Below, piece after piece: positions 1 through 12,314 of a DNA stretch of 64,000 nucleotides. Within the stretch, counting starts at the first letter, position 1. Each line of letters opens with the position of its first letter. The notes beneath the pieces are model-generated. The model searched no databases. It was not told the DNA's origin and worked only from the letters and a program-made list of their open reading frames with translations. Source of the stretch: Lingula anatina (taxonomy: Eukaryota > Animalia > Brachiopoda); NCBI GenBank assembly GCA_051362555.1, contig CM120644.1, positions 1,000,954-1,064,953 on the forward strand. The letters run 5' to 3'. A program made the translations under genes and the position numbers.

Positions 1-3000
1 GACAATCCAACTACAACGTGCAACAGGGGGAAGTCTGGCTGTATGATCATACAATATACGAAAGTACGGTCAATTAAAAGTGTAAATCATCAGTTAAAGA
101 GGAGGGGGTCTTACTATAGCTCGCTATCTATTGTTAAACCCGACTGTTATTATCTCTCGAACAAGCTTAAAGCATGCCTATACAATTACTGGGTCTCCGG
201 CTGCCGTTCAGAAACACCATGTCGAACATAATTTGCTACAGTGAGAAACATGGTACACTAGCGACTTGCTTTAGATCACTCAAGAAAGGATGCATACGTG
301 CGACACCAGAGGAAAAACAATCAAGTATGCATCTGATCCATTAATAGTAATTGCACAGTGCATGTTACTAGACCTTTGTCCTAACTCAGTAGTTAGGAAT
401 AGGATATTTGGATAAAAAGCTTCTATTCAACTCGCTTAGACCTAGGGCGTGATGCTATCATCCGATGAAACACGTAACTGAACCCTCTACCTGAACCTGA
501 AGTCCCTTTAGCTGAAACAAAAACTGCCCCTTGAACATGTCCATTTTTTAATCGTCAAATGATTTGTGATTTCATTGAACGTCTTTGATCGAAAGCTTTC
601 AAGTGACAATAACCGAACCGTGTGTTGATTATTTATTAAAGCGTAATTAAGTTTATTCAACATGATCTATTTTGTAAACGATACTTGCCAAGATTGAGCT
701 TGGATTGATCACCGTCACTATTTAGCTACTCGCCTATAATGCGTGCTGAAAGACAGACAACTTAAAAATATTATCTGTGTAACTGTGCAAATGAACGCAT
801 TTAGTTAAAATATAACGAAGCCGGCATTTAATCCATCGAACATATTTATATTTGTTCTTTTAAAACCAGTGTAAGGTTAACGCCAAATCAAAGCAAGCCT
901 TGCAGACTGGTTTTGTTTAAACTGTCGTGCATCTAGTAAAGCTAAGTAAAGCCTGTTTCTACTTCGCAGTGTTCATCCCAGCCATAAAACTGCATGAAGG
1001 ATAACAAGACTCCGTAGACCTGTGCTTCAGGTTTCCAGGAGTCCCGTGTAACACAATAATATCGAAGGCCTGAGAGTAATACATATATGAGGCCGTGTTT
1101 GAAAGATTTAACAAATTAGAAATTCAAGAATTTAAACATGCTAGGTACATGCACATCACTTAATAAGTCATTTCACAAAAATCGCATCTAATTGTTTAGA
1201 TTAACCTTTACTTTTATCGATCTCATCACATTGTCTCAACCACCTAAAAGAAATATAGAGAACATGAGGAAAAGTAACACGTTTACAAGCAGGCGAAGGA
1301 GTTATACTTCAATATTAATCGCGAACAATATCAAAAGCGCCTAAAGACTGTTGCCTGTCTTTCACACTTTTACACAAACACACGAAGGTTTAATAAAGGG
1401 AGTCGCGGCGCGATATCTATCTCTTTCATTCGAACAAGCAAAGGGCTGACCCGAAGTAAGCTTTCTATACTAATGTCCTTTTTATTGTATATTGTAATTA
1501 CTCTACTTGCTTGCCTCCATTGTCTTGTAAAAGTGACAAAGAATGTATTGCATTCACACACGAGTTGAAAGAACTTTGCATAACTCCTTTGCCTTAAGTT
1601 GCATAATGTCTTTCTCAAGGTTATAATCAGTGTGAAGAGGGTGTCTTGCCTCATTTAAAAAGGGTGTTGTTCTTCATACTGGTTGTTGCTTAACTTATGC
1701 TAATCTTAAACTTTTTTTGTACCAATATGGTTTTAATAAATCGCCAAAATTATGAATTTAATGAACATTGTGTATCAAACTTTTTGATACGATTTAAATA
1801 AATGGACGAGGAGGATTAGGTTAGATTAGGTTCTATTTACCTCTGGCTTTAACTTCGCCCTGCTATATAAAAAAAAACTTTCTTATAGTGTTTTATGACA
1901 TATATGATTTACACATTTGATAGTGAAACACTCCTCGACTTTAACGAATCACCTGACGTAAACTGTCTACCCGCGCTCCCCGAAAAAACCGTTTCTTTTA
2001 ATTTTGAAATGAATTGCTTTTAAGGCAAAGAAATCCATTAAACCCTTTAGTCTCAATATCATTGTACAGCATGTTGTAATCGGTATTTAAAAAAAGTTAA
2101 TTTTGTACTCCGCTTTCATCGAGGATACCTCAAGTTGAGGTTGCAATTACGTCGCTCGCCTATGCTACTGGAATATATATTTAAGGACAAATTAAGCTTT
2201 GTAAAGTCCCTATTGTCACACACCATAGATACTTAATTTTGTCTTGAATGAAAAAATAGCCTCAAATTATCGTTTTGTGCTTAAACCTTTCATTACTTGA
2301 ACCAAGATCTGTACTATAGCTACCAAGACGTACATGCATCAAGTTGGGTCTGCTGGGGGAGGGGAGCATTTAAATGATAAACGAGGAAGTCTACCTGCAA
2401 AAGCAGCAGCAGTGGTTAAAATAATCGCTATCTAGACTCCTTTTTCTTTGACAGCAACATAAAAAGTGTTTAGGGAGAAAGTCACACAAAGACCCGACGT
2501 TGTTTTGTCTTCAGCATTTCCTCTTCCTTGTTATCTGCAATTACTATCGTCAATTAATGAAATCGAGAAAGCAATTAAGTGACGGCACATTGAATATAGT
2601 CACTAGGTGCATTTCGCTGAGTGTTTACAAGATCTAGCGACACATTTTATCGCCACGCGTTCTAGTTTGATTAGTTTAGAAAATTAAACAGTTACTCTGG
2701 CGGCTCTCCGTCATTGCTATGAATCTGACATCGAATTTAGTCCAAAATATTAGTAAATTCAGAATTATTAGCTAAAACGTAAATTGCCCTAATTTGTCAG
2801 ATAATCAAAAATGCCGGTGATCCACGCGGAGGGTACGCTTTCCTGAAGGTAGCGGCGACGAACGGCGACGAACGGCGACGATATTTTTCTGAATAGTGAA
2901 CCTTTATTAGTTACGAAAAGCCCCCTTTTCAACAGGCGCGTTTTATTAATTACTTCATGTCACAAAGTTAATTTATACAGGCAAAACTTTATTCAAGGAA

Positions 3001-3657
3001 ATAGTTTCACGAAATGAACGAGAGTAAAATATAAGTCGGCACAAATATAAGGCATACAACAATGAGTCATGTTATGGATCATGTTATGGGCCATGTCGGA
3101 TTATAATGGCATACCTTGATGCAAAACAGTCTATCGATCCTTCCACCGCGAGTCCCTTTATTTAATGTAATGTATTACTCATTACCCGTTTCATTTGACA
3201 CTCTCTCTTTTTATCTCCCTTCCCCTTTCTCTTGTTAGAAGGAGGGCAAATAATTAAGCACTCAAAATCTGCACCACCAATCTTCAGAAAAACATAAGGC
3301 AACGAACCAGTGGACTGATCCACAACATCCGACACAGCAGAATGAATCAAATAACAGCTAGCACAAATTTATATGCAGTTAGCTATAGTGTCACTACATA
3401 CATAATCAGCTGCACGCGCGAAGCTGTTGAACAAAAGGATAGTTCGCTACGGGAGACCGTTTGTTTACATAAGTACTCTAAGGGGGCGTGGCTACCCAGG
3501 CGACCAGGGGATTAGGCTAGTTACTATATGCCGTCAACAATCGTTTAGCGACCCTATCATTATACACTCTCTCTATTGTATTTTCCACCGCATTAATCGC
3601 AGTGTAATCTTCAAATGGTCCACGGGGTAAATGTACACATTCTTAATCCTAGTACGG
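1..3657 (+). mobile_element. Copy A of ~4.4-kb TA-flanked non-autonomous DNA transposon (Tc1/mariner-like); left end lies outside the window
   Basis: Colinear and near-identical by eye to the reverse complement of 51749-55388 and to 17051-19690. Ends in ...CTTAATCCTAGTACGG followed by TA (3658-3659). Confidence 0.85.
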
Positions 3658-4205
3658 TACCTTGATGCAAAACAGTCTATCGTTTCTTCCACCGCGAGTC
3701 CCTTTATTTAATGTAATGTATTACTCATTACCAGTTTCATTTGACACTCTCTCTTTTTATCTCCCTTCCCCTTTCTCTTGTTAGAAGGAGGGCAAATAAT
3801 TAAGTACTCAAAATCTGCACCACCAATCTTCAGAAAAACATAAGTCAACGAACCAGTGTGCTGATCCACAAAATCCGACACAGCAGAATGAATCAAATAA
3901 CAGCTAACACAAATTTATATGCAGTTAGCTATAGTGTCACTACATACATAATCAGCTGCACGCGCGAAGCTGTTGAACAAAAGGATAGTTCACTACGGGA
4001 GACCGTTTGTTTACATAAGTACTCTAAGGGGGCGTGGCTACCCAGGCGACCAGGGGATTAGGCTAGTTACTATATGCCGTCAACAATCGTTTAGCGACCC
4101 TACCATTATACACTCTCTCTATTGTATTTTCCACCGCATTAATCGCAGTGTAATCTTCAAATGGTCCACGGGGTAAATGTACACATTCTTAATCCTAGTA
4201 CGGTA
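3658..4205 (+). repeat. Second copy of the terminal 546 bp of the 4.4-kb element (direct repeat of 3112-3659)
   Basis: TACCTTGATGCAAAAC starts at both 3112 and 3658. Both units end in TAGTACGG-TA. The duplicated ORFs at 3427 and 3973 are 546 bp apart. Confidence 0.9.
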
Positions 4206-7200
4206 GGTGAAACTCGTATACACCTCACTCGAAATGAGAGATCGTTTTTCCTGGAGGCTCTCGTAGTAGACCAGTTGAGTACCGAAATTTTGGCCGGAAC
4301 TCCATTTTTAGAGATGAACGATATTACTTTAAGACCAGCCCGAAAGCCGATTTCTTTTTCAGATGGCTCCTCTATTACGTATGATACTGGAAAAAACGTT
4401 CGATCTACAGCAAACATCAAACGTACTCAGTCTCATATACTTCGCGCGGGACCAATAAATTCCACGCTTTGGCCTGGAGACTATATTGAAACTGTCATTC
4501 CTGATAATTTGATTGGTGAGAAGGAACTCGCCGTTGAACCATGTGTCTATGGCAATGATTCTTCGCCTGTGTGGTTAAATCCGCAAGTCGTAAGATCAGT
4601 TCATGACAAAATAAGACTTACAAACGACACCGGACTACCATGTATTGTGAAACGCAACTCTCACATTGGTTTTGTCTGTCCAGTGAGCGATAGTGAAAAA
4701 TCGCTTGATTTCCAGCCATCCACTTTGGATACTTCGCCTGCCAACATTTCTATTGCGTCACCAGTACTTCACTCTGCTGCCGTAAAGTTGGATCCAGATT
4801 CTCTGTTGACATCAGGGGACAAACAAGATTTTCAGACACTACTTGTGTCATACGACAATGTTTTCAACCCGTCAATCCCCGGATACAACGGTGCTATGGG
4901 ACCTTTTAAATCGGTGGTAAACATGGGTCCTACTCAACCGCCCCAGAGGAAGGGCAGGATTCCCCAGTATAGCAGAGACAAACTTGTCGATCTACAAGAG
5001 AAATTTGATTTTCTGGAGAGTGTTGGCGTCTTCGCAAAACCTGAAGATGTGGGTGTGAATGTCGAATATCTGAACCCTTCATTTCTGGTAAAAAAGAGCA
5101 ACGGTTCGTTCCGCTTGGTTACTGCTTTCAACGAAGTTGGAAAGTATTGCAAACCTCAACCGTCTCTTTTACCTGACGTAAATTCAACATTACGTAACAT
5201 TGGAGGATGGAAACACATTATTACCACTGACTTATCCAGTGCCTTTTATCAGATTCCACTGGATAAGAATTCTATGAAATATTGTGGAGTTGCTACTCCT
5301 TTCAAGGGAGTAAGAGTCTACACACGTTCAGCAATGGGAATGCCCGGGTCGGAGACAGCATTAGAAGAGATGATGTCACGTGTCCTTGGTGATCTTATAA
5401 TGAAAGGCGTCGTTTGTAAGATCGCCGACGATCTTTACTGTGGCGGCGAAACTGTGAAAGAACTGATGGATAATTTCCGACAGGTTCTACGAGCTCTCAG
5501 CAAGTGTGATCTCCGTCTTTCTCCGATCAAAACCGTGATTTGTCCAAGGGAAACAACAATCCTCGGATGGACTTGGAGAAGTGGTTTTCTCTCTGCCAAC
5601 ACTCACCGTATATCTACATTGTCGAACTGCGACCGCCCCATGACAGTTTTCGCACTCAGATCCTTCATTGGTGCCTATAAAGCATTCGCACGCGTACTAC
5701 CTGGCTGTGCTTCGATACTTGCTCCCCTAGATAGCATGACTGCCGGAAAACAGTCCCAGGATAAACTGTCATGGACGGAGGAGAATGTTGTTGCCTTCGA
5801 AAATTCAAAGAAAGCTCTACTCAACCATCGTTCTATTATGATTCCTCGGATCAACGATGAGCTTTGGCTTGTGACAGAGGCCTCCTCTCGACACTCTGGT
5901 CTTGCTGCAACTTTGTACGCCAAACGCGGAGATAAGCTTCGTTTATCTGGATTTTTCAGCGCAAAACTCCGAAAACATCAGGTGACTTGGATACCGTGTG
6001 AGCTGGAAGCGTTAGCTATAGCTTCTGCGATCAAACACTTCGCTCCATATATTATACAAGTCACCAAACGCATGTTTTAACTGACAGTAAGCCTTGCGTA
6101 CAAGCACATGTAAAATTATGCAGAAGAGAGTTTTCTGCAAGTCCACGAGTGTCTACATTTCTCTCTTTAGCCAGTAGATATCACGTTTCTGTGTAACACC
6201 TGGCAGGTTCAGATAATATTCCAACTGATTTCGCAAGTAGAAACGCAAAAGAATGCCAAAGCCAGAAGTGTCAAGTTTGCAGCTTTGTCTATACGATGTT
6301 CTTAGCGAGATCAAACAGCTACCATTCACCAACCGGAAAGCATGGCTTCAAATTCAACAAGAATGCTACGATCTACGTCGAACTAAGGCCCACTTATCTC
6401 AAGGTACGCGACCTAGTAAAAAAAACAACGGAGTGTCTAACGTGAAACGTTATCTACACATTGAGGGTCTTACCATCGCAAAAGACGGTCTTCTAGTAGT
6501 ACGCCGTCAATCACCTTTGGAAAACTAACGTGATCTTATAGTAGTTCCCAGACAGGTGTTAAGCGGACTTCTTACTGCTCTCCACATCCGTCTAGAACAT
6601 CCGTCCAGTTAGCAGCTTAAGAGCGTAGTAAAACGCTACTTTTACGCGTTGAACTTAGACAAAGAAGTCGATGAGACATCGCATTCATGCCATCGATGTG
6701 CTTCCTTGAAAAAAATTCCTCATCTTCAACAGGAACAGTCTTCAGAAGAACCCCCACCTACAGTTGGAGCATCATTTGCCGCTGATATTATGAAACGACA
6801 CTCACAAAATATACTGATTGTAAGAGAAACGGTCACTTCTTTCACAACCGCGTGTTTTGTGAAGGACGAAACTAAGGATAGTTTACGGGAAGGTCTCATT
6901 CAACTGTGTGCAGAAATGCGACCACTTGACGGTCCATTTGCTGTCATTCGCACTGATTCTGCTCCTGGATTCAAATCATTAGTATCAGATGAGTCCCTTC
7001 GATCGTCTAGATTAGTCATCGAAATAGGACGTCCCAAAATCATCAATAAAAATCCAGTGGCGGAAAAAGCAGTCCAGGAACTTCAAGACGAAATTCTGCG
7101 CAAAGATCCCTCCCGTGATTCTATTTCTCAAACTACTCTCAGCCGTCACTGATCATGTTTGCGAAAAGGTTCAACGGGCCGTAAATGCACTAAAACCTCT

Positions 7201-8947
7201 ATACTGCAAAGTTAGGTCCAAACATTTAAATGTTATATATAATGCCTTTATCCAATCACAATTTGATTACTGTGACATCTTCTATCATAACTCACTCCAG
7301 AAGAAATTATCGAAACTAACGTCTCTTCAATACCAAGCCGGCAAAATAGTACTGGGAGCCTTACCTAGCTCTTGTACCTCCAAAATATTTGAACAACTAA
7401 ATTGGATTTCTCTATTTGATAGAAGAAAAATGCATGCTCAAAAAATTATGTTTTCAGTCATGGCGAATTTGGTCCCCTCCTATGTTTCTGATATATTCCG
7501 CCCATTCAGAAACCCTTTTCCAATCATAACCCGAGAAAATAACAAAAGAGACTTTAAACTTCCTCCTAAATACCCCCGTACCTCAGTTAACTATTTTCTG
7601 ATGTCTTCATGGGATCAACTCTCCTCCTCCACTAAATCTTTACCTTCAATCTCATCTTTCAAGAACTCGATAAAAAAACACCTCACTGCTGGGTCGCTTT
7701 CAACAACAACACTAAACTTGAACAGAAATCATGAAAAAATTCTTAACAGAGCGAGGGTCGGGTGTTTATTTAGAGCAGAATTGTTTAGGCATAACTGGAC
7801 TACTATTGATACACCACACTGCACCTGTGGTGCCCTTGAAACCCCTCTTCAATTTTTCTTCAGATGCCCTTTACTCAATTCAAAGTACCCTCCCCTTTAC
7901 CAAAAAATAAATGAAACTCTACATGCAAGCAAGACCTCTTTCAAAACACAAAAAGAAAAGCTGTCGTTATTGCTCTACGGTCATAAATCCTTATCACCCA
8001 CCCAAAATGAAATTATCTTCGACACTGTTGCAAATTTTCTTCTCGTAAACTTTGTTATCACTTAATAGGTACTATCTCTTTTCCTCTTCTTTCTTTCTGT
8101 ACTTAACTTGTGCTCCTGATATGTATATGGAGTTTTACATTTACTCTGTTGTATATATGTATATACCTATCCATTTGTTTTATTTATTTACTTATTTAAT
8201 TTAATTTTGTGGAGAGCATATAATGCTTCCAGCGCCTTGCCTCCACTTCATTCTTTTGAATAAACGTTGTTTAAAAAAACTCTCAGCCTGTGCGTTGCTC
8301 AGCTCAATTCTAGAATGCGCCGAGGAGGTTTGTCTGCGAGGGAAATGCTTTTTCAGAGGGATCAATTCACCTGTCAACAAATTCCCACTTCAGATAGAAA
8401 ACTTATTATTGATCAGCATTCTATAAGAGAGAAAAACCACGACAGTAGTATGCAATCTAAAGCGCCTTTAAAACAAAGCGCCAACGATAACAATCTCAGT
8501 GTAGGAGATATCGTTTATTTACATCACGACAAGACAAAGAATTACGACCGAGATCGCTACATGGTGGTAAAAGTCGACGGTCACTGGTGCAATGTTCAAA
8601 AATTCATAGGAAATCAGCTACGATCCATGTCTTATAGAGTTAAACAATCAGACTGTTATAAAGTACCCGTTTATAAATGGAGAAAAGTCAACGATTTATG
8701 TAGTGACAACTCCGATGATTCGGACTTATCTTTGTCAGACTATGAAAACGTAAATACTGCTGACAACGACAAGGAACCTTGCAATGACTTTGACTCTTTC
8801 CATGAATTTCAACCTCAAGTTGACGAAAGCAACGAAAATGGTGAAGTTGAAACTCCATCAGATCTATGTGAACAACCAGCTCAAACTCTTAGACGTTCTA
8901 CGAGAAAAAGACAAACTCCCAGATATCTTACTGATTATGTTTTGTAA
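4206..8947 (+). pseudogene. Decayed Ty3/Gypsy-type pol (C-terminal protease half, RT, RNase H, integrase), interrupted by a LINE
   Basis: Protease C-half ILAGTPFL; RT DLSSAFYQIPL ... GMPGS ... KIADDLY; RNase H VTEAS ... CELEALAI; integrase zinc-finger cysteines (CHRC) plus FAAD / IRTD / VAEKAV; tail RRSTRKRQTPRYLTDYVL*. Order PR-RT-RH-IN. Frameshifts and stops between about 6060 and 6610. Confidence 0.9.
7145..8278 (+). mobile_element. 5'-truncated CR1/L2-group LINE inserted in the Gypsy integrase
   Basis: 10-bp TSD ACTCTCAGCC at 7135-7144 and 8279-8288. ORF to 8065 with YNAFIQSQFDYCD and C-terminal CTCG..ET....FRCP. AATAAA at 8259 and a short A tail. Removing it restores integrase QTTLSLCVAQLNSRMR. 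Confidence 0.9.
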
Positions 8948-9118
8948 TAATGTCTTAAAAGAGTTTATACCTATGAATCTGACACTCAGTTATCTATAAA
9001 CGGAGAGGAGACTTGCATGTACCTTTGACATTGACACTCTACTGTTACACCTCTGTACATACTGCACTAATGTTTTTGTATTGATTTTGCCGTTATTACA
9101 CATTATTTAATCCTTTTA

Positions 9119-9171
9119 TAAAAAAAAAAGAAAGAAAGAAAGAAAGAAAGAAAGAGAAAGAGAAAGAAAAG
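9119..9171 (+). other. Polypurine tract of the Gypsy element, A/(AAAG)n
   Basis: About 50 nt of pure purines between the pol stop and the candidate LTR. Confidence 0.6.
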
Positions 9172-9175
9172 TGAT

Positions 9176-9367
9176 TACGCCAGTATTATGTAAAGTGCAT
9201 TCGATTGTAACGAGTAAACACAGCTGTATAGTACGTAATTGCCTCTAGCAGTGACACTTGGTCATCTGCCTGATTTGCATGTAAATAAACGCTGAGTGCC
9301 TTGTCGGCACTTGAGGTATATGATTTGGACACTAAAGACGTGTTTGTTTGCTTCATGTCATGGCGTA
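9176..9367 (+). repeat. Candidate 3' LTR of the Gypsy element
   Basis: Follows the PPT, contains AATAAA (9284), is bounded by the inverted repeat TACGCCA...TGGCGTA, and an unrelated repeat resumes directly after it. The 5' LTR is not in the window. Confidence 0.55.
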
Positions 9368-9895
9368 GAAATTCCTATAAGATTCCCTATAGGTTCCTAT
9401 AGAAATTCCTATAAGATTTCCTATAGGATCCTCTAGGAATTTTTGTAATGGTCTGAACATAAATTTTAAAAAATAATTTCAGCTTCAATGATTTGGTACA
9501 AAAACATTCCTAATGATAAAATATTTCTCCATAAAAGATTACTTTACAAATGATCAATTTTTCAAGATTTCTTTAAAATAGAAATTAAAGAATTTCTATA
9601 GAATCCTATAGAAGACTATAAGATTGTGCATTATAAACAATAAAAATCATTTTTGCTTTAACAGTGATATATAATTGACAATTCCACTGATAAAATTGAC
9701 CTATATCAAATATCTTTTGTTTAGAATGATATTTGTTTATAAGATATGTATTTTTCTCAAGATTTTAACTTACAACAATTTCCTATAGGATCCTATAGGA
9801 AATCCTATAGGAAAGGTGCCCTATAGGATCCTATAAGATTTCCTATAGGATCCTATAGTAATCCTATAGGATCCTATGGGAAATTTTCGTAAGGG
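9368..9895. mobile_element. End of a DNA element with arrays of CCTATAGG palindromes (EnSpm/CACTA-like layout); apparent host of the Gypsy insertion
   Basis: Many (T/A)CCTATAGG(A) motifs. 9368-9528 matches about 36630-36770, and both regions end in GGAAATTTTCGTAAGGG. Confidence 0.6.
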
Positions 9896-10712
9896 AAGAG
9901 TAATGTGATGCATTCTAACCACTGACATGTTTTCCCCTACGCATAAAATCCCTGCGTCACTAAGTGCAAGTGTTGGAAATTGAATTACAGACTGAGAGTC
10001 ATACTTTTGTGACAGGAATTTTTGATATTTTATTTCCCGCCTTCATGTGACCCAGAACAACATCTCCCATGTCACAGATGATGGCCTGTTCTATTCTGAG
10101 GATAATTCGGGTTAAGAACCCACAATGCAATGCGAATCCATTGTTAAGGTGTTTACGTAGCTACGAAAACATATGCATCGAGAGTGTGTTTGATAACCAG
10201 GCACGCAGCCAGGGGTGTTCGGGAGAAGGTCCGTTCTGTACCAAAATTTGATCCACAATGTAGGTACCATGATAATTCTCAAGTTATAGAGAGCTAGACG
10301 GTTCGTTGTTCATTTAAATGTTAACTGAGGAAAATCCAATTAGAACAAACAATTGGCAGGTAGTTTTCCCCGCAGAGGCGGTTTAGCTCTATTCCTACTG
10401 GGTGGGGTCGTGTACTATGTACGTCCCCAGCCACATTTTTGTTGGCGTAATTTTCGAACTGAAATTTCATGAATTCGTCACATTTTTGGCCTCTTTTAGG
10501 AGATATGTTTGGAGATTTGATGTCGTTTATTGTAATCGTACTATATTCCTCTACCAAAAAAGTGTCACCCCTAACGCAATGCGTAAAGTGATACTAAAAA
10601 ATCATACTATTAACCAAAGTTCTTTATTTAACTTTTTAAAAAAAATCACAAAAGTTTACTGATTGAATAACTAATGAATAAGCTAACTATTGTAAAAAAA
10701 CAAAGCCACATA

Positions 10713-11007
10713 TTAGTATTTTGTACAGTAACCTCTGGACTGGAGGACTCATTTGTCGCATCTGTGCATGGAGTCAAAAAGTTTTGTAAACTTTACACAG
10801 TGATTGCGTTCCACATACGGTGCAAAGGTGGCATGAGATCCTTTTAGTTTGCAGGATTATCCATCAGTTATTTCCGAGGTTATCTTACACATTCTTAATA
10901 AGGTCCTTATCTAATGTTTGGTCTGGTCATTGGGGGTCAGGATCTGTATATAACCAGCCTACTGTTGTGTTGGCTGTTCGTGGAGTAGCATTGTCATGCT
11001 GAAACAT
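10713..11007 (-). pseudogene. Tc1/mariner transposase C-terminal relic
   Basis: Manual minus-strand translation gives MFQHDNATPRTA ... Q*PDQTLDKDLIKNV*DNLG ... LFDSM ... VLQSRGYCTKY*. This matches the Tc1 QDNA / WP..SPDLNPIEN.W / SM.RR...G..TKY pattern, with stops and frameshifts. Confidence 0.75.
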
Positions 11008-11357
11008 ACCTAATCGGTAGTGAATCTGTGTACATTTACTCCGTGTTCCATTTGAAGATTACACATTAAATTTCGATAAAAATACAAAAGAGGAGTGCGA
11101 CAATTATAGGGTCGATAAACGATTATAGATATAATGACTGGCCTAGTCCTCTGGTCGCCTGGGTAGGCAATCCCCTTTAAAGTACTTTTGTAAACAAACG
11201 GTCTCCCGTAGCGAATTATCCTTTTGTTCAACAGCTTCGCGCGCGCAGCAGATTACGTCTTTAGTGACACTAGCTAACTGTAGTTATATTTGTGCCAGCT
11301 GTTATTTAATTTATTTTGGTGTGTCGGACGTTGCAGACCAGCCAACTGGTTCATTAA

Positions 11358-11863
11358 GGGTGCATTCCCATAGATTTAGATCGATCTAACACCCTAGGGG
11401 TTCACGCTAAATTGCAGTCAGCCGAACGGGCACCATAGTTAATTACCCCCTTACAGCTTTTAGTAGGCGGGACAGACATTTAAGCCGGATTATCTGACAG
11501 TAATCTAGTGAGACTCCCCGCGGGGATAGATCGATCTAAGATCGCATTCACAACGAGTTGAGCCAGGCTTTACAAATCCTGGGGACTAAATATGACGGAC
11601 GTACATGAAAGAAAAACCGCCTAATCTTTTAATAGTCTCCCCACCTCTCACACGCCTCTCCATGTGTCGTCCCAATGGAGCCGAAATTTAATAACTGTAC
11701 CCCCGCAGGGACGACGCATGGAGAGGCGTGTGAGAGGCGGAGAGACTATTAAAAGATTAGGCGGTTTTTCTTTCATGTACGTTCGCCATATTTAGTCCCC
11801 AGGATTTGTAAAGCCTGGCTCACCTCGTTGTGAATGCGGTCTAAAAGCTCTGGGAATACAGCC
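11358..11863. mobile_element. PIF/Harbinger-like MITE (about 200 bp without its nested insert)
   Basis: TAA TSD at 11355-11357 and 11864-11866. TIR GGGTGCATTCCCA / TGGGAATACAGCC. A second copy lies at 24224-24438. Confidence 0.75.
11540..11841. mobile_element. 302-bp fold-back Harbinger-like MITE with ~130-bp TIRs
   Basis: TAA TSD at 11537-11539 and 11842-11844. Arms GATCGCATTCACAACGAG... and ...CTCGTTGTGAATGCGGTC are near-perfect inverted repeats. Confidence 0.85.
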
Positions 11864-12314
11864 TAAGTCATTTCTTTTCTGAAGATTGGTGATACAGATT
11901 TCCCTCCTTTCCCCTCCTTCTAATAAGAAAGAGGGGAAGGGAGAGAAGGGAGAGACAGTGTCAAATTAAATGGGTAATATGAGTTATACAATACATTAAT
12001 TTAAGGGACCCAAGGTGGAAGAAACGATAGACTGTTTCGCATCAAGGTATGCCATTATAATCAGTACATGGCCCTTAACAGGGGGGGTACATTAAATACA
12101 GACTCATTGTTGTATTAATATACTTTATTTTGCGGAATATACAGTGGTAGTAATAATTTTGTTTCTGTTGTACACCGGTGTAACAACGTTTGAAATGTTT
12201 TAATCCCTATCTTGTGAATAGAAAGGGGCGGACAAACAAAGGAGGGCCGTATAAATCCCTTCAAAATTCGAACGCGCAAACACAATAGCTTAGGTGGAAT
12301 AACAAAATACTTAA

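Larger units (their letters stand above)
11009..12139 (-). mobile_element. Old diverged right-end copy (E) of the 4.4-kb element, inserted at a TA in the Tc1 relic
   Basis: Aligns to 51749-52380 with many substitutions. The degenerate terminus follows TA at 11007-11008. Interrupted by nested MITEs. Confidence 0.75.

Noticed and set aside
43-4176. Recurrent 60-95 aa ORFs (MNKRIVRYG..., MIHSAVSD..., MIIQYTKV...)
   Set aside because: They recur only because the repeat recurs. Many use non-ATG starts, lengths vary between copies, and no domains are recognisable.
4180-4205. CTAG near the element end suggesting a Helitron 3' terminus
   Set aside because: Homology extends past CTAG to ACGG-TA, copy D has CGAG instead, there is no subterminal hairpin, and both ends are TA-flanked.
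4161-6080. 639-aa ORF as a functional chimeric gene started by an ATG in the DNA element
   Set aside because: The frame fusion is fortuitous: the protease is truncated and downstream pol has stops, frameshifts and a LINE insertion.
9366-9895. CCTATAGG arrays as CRISPR-like or operator arrays
   Set aside because: No unique spacers of regular length, eukaryotic context, and the layout fits transposon subterminal repeats.
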